NCBI GenBank assembly: GCA_963842885.1
Contig: CAWJIE010000003.1
Span: forward strand, 420,253 to 484,252
Direction of reading: 5' to 3'
DNA length: 64,000 bases
Source: an uncultured Nitrososphaerota archaeon
GTDB lineage: Archaea; Thermoproteota; Nitrososphaeria; Conexivisphaerales; DTJL01
Every line of letters begins with the position of its first letter. Position 1 is the stretch's first letter. This document shows positions 35,643 to 44,301 of this stretch, piece by piece. The notes beneath the pieces are model-generated. The model was not told where the DNA came from. It was given only the letters and a program-made list of their open reading frames with translations, and searched no databases. The position numbers and the translations under genes are program-made.

Positions 35643-36143
35643 GTGCCCTTGCCCAAGCTGCTGATATTCTGCGGCATCCCGGGGACAGGTAAATCGACGA
35701 TCGCCAGGCTCGTGGCGGCAAGGCTAGAGGGCACGGTGCACATTCAGACAGACGCGGTCAGGTGGATGATTTACCATCCCACATACACCAACGAGGAGTC
35801 GGAGTTCGTCTATGCGGTCTGTATCATGCTGGCGGGGGAGGCCCTCCAACGAGGCTACAACGCCATCTTGGACGGCACGTTCCTCAGGGAAGAGTATAGG
35901 GAGGAGGCCTTGAGACAGCTTCGCGGCGCATACGACTCCTACCTTGTGGTATACGTCCACTGCGACGTAAGGACCGCCTATATGAGGAACATGTCGCGCG
36001 AGGCAAGCGTCCCCCAAGACAGGTTCAACCAGATGCTTTCTCGACTGCAGGAACCTGCCAGCGCCTTGAAGGTAGACTCGGAGAAGACGTCGGCCGAGCT
36101 CGCCGCCGAGGCAGTTCTCGCCCAGATAAGCGGAAGCGGCTAG
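35643..36143 (+). CDS. P-loop kinase-like NTPase (AAA_33 / PSTK-like)
   Basis: 166 aa. The Walker A motif is FCGIPGTGKSTIARLVA and the size is that of a small kinase fold. The specific substrate is unknown. Confidence 0.6.
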   Translation: MPLPKLLIFCGIPGTGKSTIARLVAARLEGTVHIQTDAVRWMIYHPTYTNEESEFVYAVCIMLAGEALQRGYNAILDGTFLREEYREEALRQLRGAYDSYLVVYVHCDVRTAYMRNMSREASVPQDRFNQMLSRLQEPASALKVDSEKTSAELAAEAVLAQISGSG

Positions 36144-36428
36144 GAATCGTCACGAATGATTCGAGGGGACGTCACGACAGGGAGGAAGCCCATTGCCCTG
36201 GTTTCTGGAAAGCCAATACCGTCATTCGTCACACACAACGCCAAGTGAATCCGAGCGCCTTGACCGGTAGGACTGCAGAGAGCTCATTTGACAGCGGCTC
36301 ATACTGCATCTGCAGGCGACATAGACAACATGGCTACACGGCTTATGGGAACCTTCCAGGAGCACACTTCGAAGCATGGCTATGAGCTTCACTCTGACCC
36401 GGCTAGCGCAGTTCCGGGGATCTCCTGC

Positions 36429-37382
36429 TCATAGGCTGACGTAGCTCAGCTTCAGCCTTTCGTATTTCAGGGTCAGCTGTATCGCGAAGTCCGAAGCCTC
36501 GATGGCCACGGCCGGAGAGGGCACCTTTGATGCGCTTCTTGGGGTCGCTCGCACTCCAGCCCGCGCCTTAGTGAGCTTGAGATACTTCACTCGCTCCTCT
36601 TCGTCCAACATCGTCAGAGTGTCCACCAGGAAATGGAGGTGATATACTGCTTGACTGACGTCCAGCGCCAGAGCACGCACTTCGGGAGTTGGGTAGCCCA
36701 GGGCGTATTCGTCCGGCTTCAGCATCCTCTGGAGCAGGTCGGTGCTGTCCGAACCGAGAGCCGTGGACAGCCAGGCGCCTCCGACCTCGCCTGCGACGGT
36801 GACCCAGTCAGCCAGCACATCCTCCAACAGCTGGCCGGACATCTCGACGGACGCCATGTAGTCGCCGCGTGCAAGGGCGTCCTCGGAGGCCAGGGCGGTC
36901 TCCCTCCAGGTTTGGTTCTTAATCTGAAGGGCGAGCGACAGGTCCTTCCAAGGCACTCCGATGACGTTTTCACAAAGCGTCACAATGAGCTGCTCCACTT
37001 CGTCGACCCTTCCTGAGACATCTGAATCTATGAGCGCCTGGTGGTAGATAGCATTCCTTGCATTTTCGACGGCCCAGACCAGGCTCAGCTGCTCCTCGCT
37101 CAGGGCCGAGTCCGGCGCCACCTTGTTCACGACCTTCCTGGCGTCCTCGACTAAATTGACGAACTTCATCTTGTCGATTCCCTCGAAATATTGACCGGAG
37201 AATCCGAGGGTGTGTCCGTTCTCGCGCAATACCGACCTGAACGTCCATTCCAGGGCCTGATGCGCCTCGAGGATGGACAGCATCTGGTTGAATCTCGCGT
37301 CGACGGTCGAGTTGTATACGGCGCTTTCGACCAGAGCCCTCAGCAACAGGAGCTTCTCCTTGACGCCTGCGGAGGCCTTCAT
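36429..37382 (-). CDS. Hypothetical all-helical protein with an N-terminal HEPN-like domain (RNxxxH motif)
   Basis: 317 aa. The N-terminal 150 aa or so are predicted helical, with VWAVENARNAIYHQ (R-N-x3-H) on the third or fourth helix, as in HEPN RNase domains. The C-terminal half is unassigned. Confidence 0.4.
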   Translation of the reverse strand: MKASAGVKEKLLLLRALVESAVYNSTVDARFNQMLSILEAHQALEWTFRSVLRENGHTLGFSGQYFEGIDKMKFVNLVEDARKVVNKVAPDSALSEEQLSLVWAVENARNAIYHQALIDSDVSGRVDEVEQLIVTLCENVIGVPWKDLSLALQIKNQTWRETALASEDALARGDYMASVEMSGQLLEDVLADWVTVAGEVGGAWLSTALGSDSTDLLQRMLKPDEYALGYPTPEVRALALDVSQAVYHLHFLVDTLTMLDEEERVKYLKLTKARAGVRATPRSASKVPSPAVAIEASDFAIQLTLKYERLKLSYVSL

Positions 37383-37567
37383 GGCGACGATTCGGACTTT
37401 CTTCCTGTATTACTTAAGCGTTGAAGTCGTTGACCCGAAAAGGAATCTGTCGTAGGCCCATCACACAAGGAGAGTTTCACATCCCACTAGTACGGGTCAC
37501 TTCAAGGAGGTAACCCGAATCGCTCAAATAGCCGCGTTAGCTCATAGGTGATCCCGTCACTAGGTGG

Positions 37568-38092
37568 ATGCTGTTGCAAGCCGAGCCCCTGGATTCGTTG
37601 CTCAAGGAGATATTGAATAGGTACAACGAGAGCCCCGGGGGCTGGAGGATCTTCGCCGACGCCAAGGGCAATATGCTCGTCCTGGGGCCGGGGACGGGCT
37701 ACAGGTTGAAGCTGCTGTCCCTCAATCCGGCCGAGGTCACGGGGGTCGGAGTCGACATCTCCTCGGAGGAGGCCCCGGGCATGCCGCTCGACGTTCCCTC
37801 CTACGGCTACCGGCCCCTCTCCCACGTTGATGTGGTCCAGCTCTTCTCATCCTTACGGCGAAACGCGCCGGTGCCGCAGGGGCTCGTTGACGGCCTCCTA
37901 GGCATAAAGCCCGTGCCCACTTGGGACTTGAAGGGGGAGAGCTCCCACGGCGTCTTGACCGGGCCCATCATAGCTCACCCCGACCTGGCCTCAATCTCCC
38001 GAGGACAGAGGGAGCTCGACGCGAAGCTGACCTTGGAGGCGGACAGGCTCTTCAGGACCAAGTATCCCTTCAGGGCCGGCATCTACGGCTAG
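37568..38092 (+). CDS. Hypothetical protein with a methyltransferase motif-I-like segment (possibly truncated or degenerate)
   Basis: 174 aa. MLVLGPGTGYRL...VTGVGVDISSEE resembles SAM-MTase motifs I and II, but the rest of the Rossmann fold is not evident. Confidence 0.35.
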   Translation: MLLQAEPLDSLLKEILNRYNESPGGWRIFADAKGNMLVLGPGTGYRLKLLSLNPAEVTGVGVDISSEEAPGMPLDVPSYGYRPLSHVDVVQLFSSLRRNAPVPQGLVDGLLGIKPVPTWDLKGESSHGVLTGPIIAHPDLASISRGQRELDAKLTLEADRLFRTKYPFRAGIYG

Positions 38093-38311
38093 CCAAGCCT
38101 ACATCCAGCCAAGGCACTGGACACAATGGCGTCCATCAATACCTAGCTCCCGAGCCATGATGGTGGCGGAGGCAAAAGGCCTTAAGATGATTTGGAAGTA
38201 TTCCTTCATGGAGGAGGCTTCGACGCGCCTCCGCCGATAGTCTCCCTGCACCCATGTGCCCCTTGAGCTCTCGGGTCGGGAGTCCCGTTAGGTTTCTGTG
38301 ACGCCCATTAA

Positions 38312-38959
38312 ATGGTGGTCAGCGGTGACGTCTCCGAATCCGGCATGAGCATGGTCCAGTATAACGGGCGGAGCTTCTTTCTGGCCAGCGGCGAATCGGA
38401 CGTGGGAGTCGTGCTCGTCCACCAGATCCACGGCCTGGATGACTACATAAAGTCCGTCTCTACCAAGCTCGCTGCGGCGGGCTTCAGCGCGGCGGCGGCC
38501 GACCTGCAGGAGGGGATGAAACTCCGGGAGGCCGTCACTAGGGAGGAGCTGCTGTCGGCCTTCGAGAGCGGCATGAACCTTCTCATGGATCGCACCGGAG
38601 CAGGCGTGAAGGTGGGGTCGATGGGCTTCTGCATGGGAGGGGGCTTCGCGCTCCAGGGAGCCTGCGACCTCGACATGAAGTTCTGTGTAGACTACTACGG
38701 GATGATAAATGACGTCGAGGAAGTGAAGGGCCTCAGGGGACCTGTCCTCTTGATCCTTGGGAGTGACGACGAAAGGGTCACGCCCTGGGCGTTCCAAGCC
38801 TTCCTGCCTTCTGCGGTGAAGTACAAGAAGCGGGTGGACGTGCACCTCTATCCTAACGCAAGGCACGCCTTCCACGACCCCGGCTGGGAGGGATACAATC
38901 CCCAGGCCGCCGAAGACGCGTGGAAGAAGACGCTGCTCTTCCTGTCACAGTTCAAGTGA
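38312..38959 (+). CDS. Dienelactone hydrolase family protein
   Basis: 215 aa. GVVLVHQIHGLDDYIK...A..GF.A.A.DL, the nucleophile motif GFCMGGG and C-terminal YPNARHAF are typical of the DLH family. Confidence 0.85.
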   Translation: MVVSGDVSESGMSMVQYNGRSFFLASGESDVGVVLVHQIHGLDDYIKSVSTKLAAAGFSAAAADLQEGMKLREAVTREELLSAFESGMNLLMDRTGAGVKVGSMGFCMGGGFALQGACDLDMKFCVDYYGMINDVEEVKGLRGPVLLILGSDDERVTPWAFQAFLPSAVKYKKRVDVHLYPNARHAFHDPGWEGYNPQAAEDAWKKTLLFLSQFK

Positions 38960-38960
38960 C

Positions 38961-39132
38961 CATGTCGTTCGCGTGTTCGCGTCCATGTTCGCATGTTCGT
39001 TCGCGTACTCTAGTTCTTCCGGCATACACGCCCAGAGCAGGATTGTTCTGCTCATCTTTTAGCCTGTCCATTGCATGACACGAACATCTGGTCTGTGGTT
39101 CGATAACATGCGAACGAACACCCGAACAGGAC
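38961..39132. repeat. Cluster of TGTTCG / CGAACA motifs forming an imperfect inverted repeat of about 24 nt (arms 38981-39004 and 39110-39132)
   Basis: The left arm is gtccatgttcgcatgttcgttcgc. The reverse complement of the right arm is gtcctgttcgggtgttcgttcgc, with an 11-nt perfect core TGTTCGTTCGC. Extra copies start near 38967, 38975, 39081 and 39098. The cluster lies in the 386-nt convergent intergenic region. Confidence 0.7.
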
Positions 39133-39345
39133 TCTGACACTGACTCAGGCAGCAGCTGTAGCTAGTGGATTGGGTGTCCTGAAGCTAACATGAATTCAAG
39201 CCTTCCGCAAGGGTAGGAACTTCGAACCTGTCTCTTTGGACAGGACGAGATGCATACCTGTTACGGGTTCAAGTACAGCAGGGGCGTCGAATTCCGGCTA
39301 CCTAATCAACAGGAAAGTGGCCAAGTCAAAGGAGGTCTCGAAAAT

Positions 39346-39831
39346 TCAGTCGGCGTGCTGCAGCTTCGAGACCTTGTGACGTGCCTCCAGAGCCGCCTTC
39401 GTTATCTCTAAGTAGGCCCCGCAGCGGCACAGGTTTCCTTCGACGGCCGTCTTGATCTCATCCTCCGAGCAGAGGGGCTTCTCCTGGATTAGGGCGTAAA
39501 GGGTGATCAGGAATCCGGGAGTACAGTAGCCGCACTGAAGCGCGTTGGATTCAGTGAAGCGCCGCTGCAACCTCTTTACGAGCTCATCTTCGGCTAGGCC
39601 TTCCAGGGTGATTACGCTCCTTCCCTTCACCTTCGCGGCCAACACCAGGCAGGAGTTGACCGGCAGTCCATCCATCAGGACCGTGCAGGCCCCGCATTCG
39701 CCGGTTTCGCATCCCCTCTTGACGCTGACCACGCCGAAGCTGTGCTTGAGGACGTCGAGGAGCGAGCTGCCGGGATGGACGTCCGCCTCCACTTTGGTGC
39801 CGTTGAGCCTAAAGGCGATGTGTAACTCCAC
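39346..39831 (-). CDS. Molybdenum hydroxylase 2Fe-2S (small) subunit, set 2
   Basis: 161 aa. RGCETGECGACTVLMDGLPVNSC and QCGYCTPGFLI motifs are present, and no signal peptide. Confidence 0.9.
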   Translation of the reverse strand: MELHIAFRLNGTKVEADVHPGSSLLDVLKHSFGVVSVKRGCETGECGACTVLMDGLPVNSCLVLAAKVKGRSVITLEGLAEDELVKRLQRRFTESNALQCGYCTPGFLITLYALIQEKPLCSEDEIKTAVEGNLCRCGAYLEITKAALEARHKVSKLQHAD

Positions 39832-39833
39832 CC

Positions 39834-40685
39834 TTATTCGCCTCCGGCCCTCTCCACCGCTGTGCGAAGCGCCTTCTCAGTAAGCACCGCCGCCATCTTC
39901 TCCCTGTATGCGGCGCTCGCCCTCACATCTCCGATCGGCGATATGTCTCTCGACACCAGCTTCGCCGCGGCTCTCAGGCTCTCCCTCGATGCGATCCTTC
40001 CGTGGAGATAGGCTTCTACGTGCGTCGCCCTCACCGGAGTGGGGGCTGCGCTCCCAAGGAACACTCGGACCTGGCCCACCTTTCCGCCAGACAGCCTGAC
40101 GAGCGCCGCCACGCTGACGACAGCCAATATGCTGGCTTGCCTCTTGCCCAGCTTGACGAAGGCACACCCGCCGCGGGGCTTCGGAATCGAGACCCGGGTG
40201 ACGAGATCTCCGTCTTGCAAGACCGTCTTCCCAGGACCCAAGAAGAACTTCTCCAAGGGAATCGTGACCTCGTCGTCGCCTCGCCTCACCGACAGCCGCG
40301 CGCCGTAGGCCAGCAGGGGCGGCGCCGAATCCGCCGCCGGCGACGCGTTGCATAGGTTCCCCCCCAGCGTAGCCAAGTTGCGCACCTGCCATGCAGCGAA
40401 GAGGTCCGACGCTTCCTTTAGTGCGACGAGCTCCCTGGCGACGACCGATGAGCGTCGCACTTCCTCTATGGTAGTGAAGGCGCCGATCGCTATGAAGTCG
40501 CCTTCGTCATTTATCCCTGACATGCCATTCGCGGCGGAGACGTCAATGAGGTACTCCGCCTTGGCCTTACCACTGCGCAGCTGCACCATAAGGTCAGTGC
40601 CTCCCCCCATGTAACGCGACACTCCCTTCTGCGATGCGGCGAACTTGACCGCTGCCGCTGGGTCACTGAAGGCCCTGTATTCCAC
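39834..40685 (-). CDS. Molybdenum hydroxylase FAD-binding (medium) subunit, set 2
   Basis: A GTG start at 40685 (VEYRAFSDPAAAVKF...YMGGGTDLMVQLR) lies 8 nt after the large-subunit stop. The upstream part of ORF 39834..41243 is out-of-frame overlap with that gene. ATLGGNLCNASPAADS is present. Confidence 0.85.
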   Translation of the reverse strand: MEYRAFSDPAAAVKFAASQKGVSRYMGGGTDLMVQLRSGKAKAEYLIDVSAANGMSGINDEGDFIAIGAFTTIEEVRRSSVVARELVALKEASDLFAAWQVRNLATLGGNLCNASPAADSAPPLLAYGARLSVRRGDDEVTIPLEKFFLGPGKTVLQDGDLVTRVSIPKPRGGCAFVKLGKRQASILAVVSVAALVRLSGGKVGQVRVFLGSAAPTPVRATHVEAYLHGRIASRESLRAAAKLVSRDISPIGDVRASAAYREKMAAVLTEKALRTAVERAGGE

Positions 40686-40693
40686 ACGAGGTA

Positions 40694-43042
40694 TCAGGAA
40701 GGTTCGCCTCCATGGATGAGCCCGTAAACACGCTCCGGCGTGAGCGGTATCTCGTCGGGGGCCTTCCCCACGGCGTCCTTGACCGCATTGGCGATGGCCG
40801 CGGCCATGGGGATAAGGGCCATTTCGCCTACCCCCTTCGCTCCGAAGGGGCCATAGCTGAACAGGTCTTCCGAGCAGACGAGCTCCTCCACTGGGGGCAT
40901 GTCCCTGACCGTGGGCACCAAGTAGTCTGTGAAGTTGGGATTGAGCACCCTGCCCTCCTTGGTGACCACCTCCTCCATCAAAGCGTAGCCCATCCCCTGG
41001 GCCACCGCACCGTGTACCTGAGCCTCCACAAGGCCGGGGTTCAGTATTCTGCCGGAAGCCAGGCCGGGCCAGACGCGCTGGACGGACACGGCGCCCGTCT
41101 CCGTGTCGACCTCGACCTCTACGATGACCGCCATATAGCTGAAGGCAGGGTAGGCGAAGCCGCTGCCCTTCTCCTCGTCGAACTTGCCTTTCGGCACGAA
41201 GAAGTAGCCGGTGGAGGCGGTCTCCACCCCCGTGGTGTAGCATTCATTGATCAGGTCGCCCCAAGCGACCTTCCTCTGCCTGAACCTCGAGTCGAAGACG
41301 AATCCCTTCTGAATCATCACGTTCTTGGGTTCGCAATCGAGCATCTTGGCGGCCGCTCCCTCCAAGTTCCTTCTCAGGCGAGAAGCCGCGACCAACATTC
41401 CGGCCATACCGACGCTTGAGCCTCTTGAAGCGTGGGTTGCCCCCGTGTCCGGGGCGTCCGACGTGCCCATATGCATGGTTATCGCGTCGATGTCCACGCC
41501 TAGGACTTCAGATATGACCTGCGCCGTGCTCGTCGTAGTGCCCTGCCCCATCTCTACGATGCCTGTGTAGGCATCTACGCTTCCGTCCCTCCTGATGACG
41601 ATGTATCCGCTTGACCAATCGGGGACTCCCCTGCTGGTGCTAATCCCGTGCCAGGCGCAGGCGACGCCAATCCCTTGGGCCCTGCCGTTGGCAGCCCAGG
41701 CAGGCCTCCTCCTCTTGGCGCTCCAGGAGCTTCCCGTGGCCGTCTTCTCTAACGCTTCGTAAATCCCCACCGAGTCGACGAGCCTCTGGCCGGTAATCGT
41801 CAAGGATCCCTCCCTTAGGAGATTCTTCAGCCTCAGCTCCACGGGGTCCATCTCCAACCTGTCGGCTATGGCGTCGATGTTGGATTCGGCAGCCAGTTGA
41901 ATCGAAGGGTTGCCGAAGCCACGGAAAGACCCTCCGTAAATCATGTGTGTGTAGACAAGCCGCCCGTCCACCTTCGCGTTGGGGACGAAGTACGGGCCGG
42001 AGGCATGCATCGTGGCCCGCCAGAGGGTGAAGGGGCCCCTATTGGCGTAGGCTCCCGCATCGAATAGGATGTTCACGTCGATGGCCTTGAGCAGGCCATC
42101 GGAGGAGGCTCCGGTCTTGTATCTGATTATCGTCCTCTCACGCTTGCAGTGAGAGCTGAAGCTGTCCTCTCTGCTGTAGTTTAACATGACCGGCCGGCGC
42201 AGCTTATGGGCTGCCACCGCCGCCTGGGCCGAGACAATTGGGCCCATGTCGTCCTTCCCTCCGAATCCCCCCCCGATGGCCGACTGGACAATCCTGACTT
42301 CCCTCTGCTGCCACCCAAGGACCCGGGCGACAATCTTCTGCGCAAGATGAGGGTACTGGCTGCATGAAATGACTGTCATCCCTTCGGAAGTCGGCATGGC
42401 CAAGGCCCCTTCCGCCTCGATGTATGCGTGGTCTTGGTAACCGGTCCGGTACGTCCTTTCTATGATTACGTCGGACTGGGAGAAGCCCGTCTCTATGTCG
42501 CCCCTCCTCACCCTGGTTTCGATGGCCACGTTGGACTTGTGCTCTTCATGCACCAGAACCTTGGAGTCAGCGGCTTCGGAGGGATCGTAGACCGCCGCCT
42601 TCTCTTTCAGCTCGACCTTGACGGAAGCAGTCGCCTCCTCGGCGGCCTCGGGCGACTGGGCGACGGCCAGGCCGACGGGCTCCCCGTGGAACCTGAGTAC
42701 CCCGTCGGCGAACGCGGGCTGGTCGAGAATGAAGTAGCCGACCTGGTTCTTGCCTGGCACGTCCCGAGCCGTTATGCCAGCTACGAAGCCTGGGACCTTC
42801 GCCGCTTCGTCGAATCGCACTCCGAGGAGGTGAGCCGAGCTGACGGGGCTCTTGACGATCCTCGCGAAGAGCATGTCGCGGGAGAAGTTATCCTCCATGA
42901 ACTTCCCCTTCCCCAGGACCTTCTCCATGGAGTCGACCCTCGTGACCGACTTCCCGACGACGACGAGATCCTTGGCGTGGAGCCATCGATCTAGGAGCCC
43001 TTGATAGTCCTCCATCTCCGTCTTCGACACGCTGGTGCTCAT
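40694..43042 (-). CDS. Molybdenum hydroxylase large (molybdopterin-binding) subunit, set 2
   Basis: 782 aa. Motifs: AIGGGFGGKDD, HAYIEAEGA, GQGTTTSTAQVISEVLGV and GPFGAKGVGE. This is the canonical xanthine dehydrogenase / aldehyde oxidase family. Confidence 0.9.
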   Translation of the reverse strand: MSTSVSKTEMEDYQGLLDRWLHAKDLVVVGKSVTRVDSMEKVLGKGKFMEDNFSRDMLFARIVKSPVSSAHLLGVRFDEAAKVPGFVAGITARDVPGKNQVGYFILDQPAFADGVLRFHGEPVGLAVAQSPEAAEEATASVKVELKEKAAVYDPSEAADSKVLVHEEHKSNVAIETRVRRGDIETGFSQSDVIIERTYRTGYQDHAYIEAEGALAMPTSEGMTVISCSQYPHLAQKIVARVLGWQQREVRIVQSAIGGGFGGKDDMGPIVSAQAAVAAHKLRRPVMLNYSREDSFSSHCKRERTIIRYKTGASSDGLLKAIDVNILFDAGAYANRGPFTLWRATMHASGPYFVPNAKVDGRLVYTHMIYGGSFRGFGNPSIQLAAESNIDAIADRLEMDPVELRLKNLLREGSLTITGQRLVDSVGIYEALEKTATGSSWSAKRRRPAWAANGRAQGIGVACAWHGISTSRGVPDWSSGYIVIRRDGSVDAYTGIVEMGQGTTTSTAQVISEVLGVDIDAITMHMGTSDAPDTGATHASRGSSVGMAGMLVAASRLRRNLEGAAAKMLDCEPKNVMIQKGFVFDSRFRQRKVAWGDLINECYTTGVETASTGYFFVPKGKFDEEKGSGFAYPAFSYMAVIVEVEVDTETGAVSVQRVWPGLASGRILNPGLVEAQVHGAVAQGMGYALMEEVVTKEGRVLNPNFTDYLVPTVRDMPPVEELVCSEDLFSYGPFGAKGVGEMALIPMAAAIANAVKDAVGKAPDEIPLTPERVYGLIHGGEPS

Positions 43043-43070
43043 GAAGACCTGAAAGAGGAGCCGCTATACG

Positions 43071-43078
43071 TTATATAA
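43071..43078 (-). promoter_or_regulatory. TATA box for the set-2 Mo-hydroxylase operon
   Basis: The minus strand reads AATTGCTTATATAACG, centred about 30 nt upstream of the ATG at 43042. A similar AATTGCTTAT element precedes pyrB (about 44103-44112). Confidence 0.45.
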
Positions 43079-43140
43079 GCAATTAAGGGGGAATGCTCCG
43101 TGATGCCCGTCCCTATTACACATGTAATAACCCGGAGTCG

Positions 43141-44070
43141 CTACTTCCCGAGTATCTCCTTAATCAAGGCCGCCCTGACGAACATTCCATTCCGGGCCTG
43201 GTCGAAGTACTTAGCGATGGGCAGGCCGTCCAGGTCCGTGCTCAATTCGTCCACACGCGGGAGAGGGTGCATGAGGAAGGGCACCTTCTTGAAAGGGGCG
43301 AGTGAAGATCGACTGAGCTGGTACGAGCCTTTGAGCCTTTCATATTCCGTCAGGTCGGCGAATCTCTCCTTCTGAAGCCTTGTGACGTAGAGGAAGTCCA
43401 GCCTCTCGACCACCTCCTGGTATGTTTCGGCGAAAGAGGACTTGGCACTCCTGAGAGATGCGACTACCTCCGGCCTCACTTGTAGCTCTCTTGGGGCTAT
43501 GTAGGTGATTTGAACGCCGTCGAACTTGTCCAGGGCGTATGACAGGCTGCTGGTGGTGCGGCTGTGCATCAGGTCGCCCATCATGCCTATCTTCACGCCG
43601 TCGATCGAACCCCTCACGCGCTTGATGGTGTAAAGGTCGAGCATGGCCTGGGTGGGATGCTCGTTGGATCCGTCGCCGGCGTTCACGACAGGGGCCATGC
43701 AGATATCGGCCGCCACGCCGGCCGCTCCCGGCGTCTTGTTCCTAACCGCGATGACGTCAGGCGAATATCCATCCACCATCCGCATGGTGTCTTCGAATGT
43801 CTCCCCCTTGGCGATGGAAGCGGCCTCAGCCAACCCGAAGTCTATCACATGGCCGCCTGCCTTGACCATGGCGAACTGGAAGCTCAACCTCGTCCTAGTT
43901 GAAGGTTCGAGGAAGACGGTGGCCAGGAGCTTTCCTCGCAGGAGGTCCAGCATCCCTTCGCGCTCCATGGCGAGCCGGATGCCATCCGCATCCGTCAGCA
44001 GGCCGTCTAACGCTTCGCGCCCTATCTCCTTGGTCGAGATAACGTCTTTGCCAGCAAAAGGCGAGGTCAT
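43141..44070 (-). CDS. pyrB: Aspartate carbamoyltransferase catalytic subunit
   Basis: STRTRLSFQFAM, HPTQ and HPLPR motifs are present. The start is taken at MTSPFAGKDVIS (internal Met of ORF 43141..44112). No pyrI gene follows. Confidence 0.9.
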   Translation of the reverse strand: MTSPFAGKDVISTKEIGREALDGLLTDADGIRLAMEREGMLDLLRGKLLATVFLEPSTRTRLSFQFAMVKAGGHVIDFGLAEAASIAKGETFEDTMRMVDGYSPDVIAVRNKTPGAAGVAADICMAPVVNAGDGSNEHPTQAMLDLYTIKRVRGSIDGVKIGMMGDLMHSRTTSSLSYALDKFDGVQITYIAPRELQVRPEVVASLRSAKSSFAETYQEVVERLDFLYVTRLQKERFADLTEYERLKGSYQLSRSSLAPFKKVPFLMHPLPRVDELSTDLDGLPIAKYFDQARNGMFVRAALIKEILGK

Positions 44071-44301
44071 GGGTCCTACGAGCAAAAGCGCCCCGGGCCA
44101 GCTAATAAGCAATTCAAATCCTTGTACTATGTAACCCCATTCAGGAGAACCCTCTGAGGGCCGTCGATGCAGTTTCCTCTACCAGCGCGGAGGACGCGGA
44201 CAAGAGCTGGAGGCGCGCCTTTGTTGAAATGCGGACTTGAATCCGACCACAGCGCAAGACTCCAGCAAATGCTTTAACGTCGCGATGGATTCCGCAGTCG
44301 T

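Noticed and set aside
36149-36231. 8-nt inverted repeat ACGAATGA / TCATTCGT about 60 nt apart, downstream of the P-loop kinase gene.
   Set aside because: It is short and has a single occurrence, and no further structure or conservation can be assessed by eye.
38952-39140. 62-aa minus-strand ORF across the TGTTCG inverted repeat.
   Set aside because: It is Cys/Arg/His-rich because it translates the repeat, has no recognisable motif, and its start and stop fall inside the repeat arms.
40686-41243. N-terminal extensions in the ORF track that overlap the upstream gene. They affect 39834..41243, 52801..55419, 32785..34056, 6616..7434, 7089..7514, 48853..49587, 43141..44112 and 57181..59745.
   Set aside because: In each case the recognisable protein begins at an internal ATG, GTG or TTG just after the neighbouring gene's stop or promoter. 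The extension is composition-biased and overlaps another supported CDS.
43115-43128. Near-palindrome ATTACA-CA-TGTAAT just downstream of the pyrB stop.
   Set aside because: The arms are only 6 nt. This could be a minor terminator or operator element, but it is too short to distinguish from chance.
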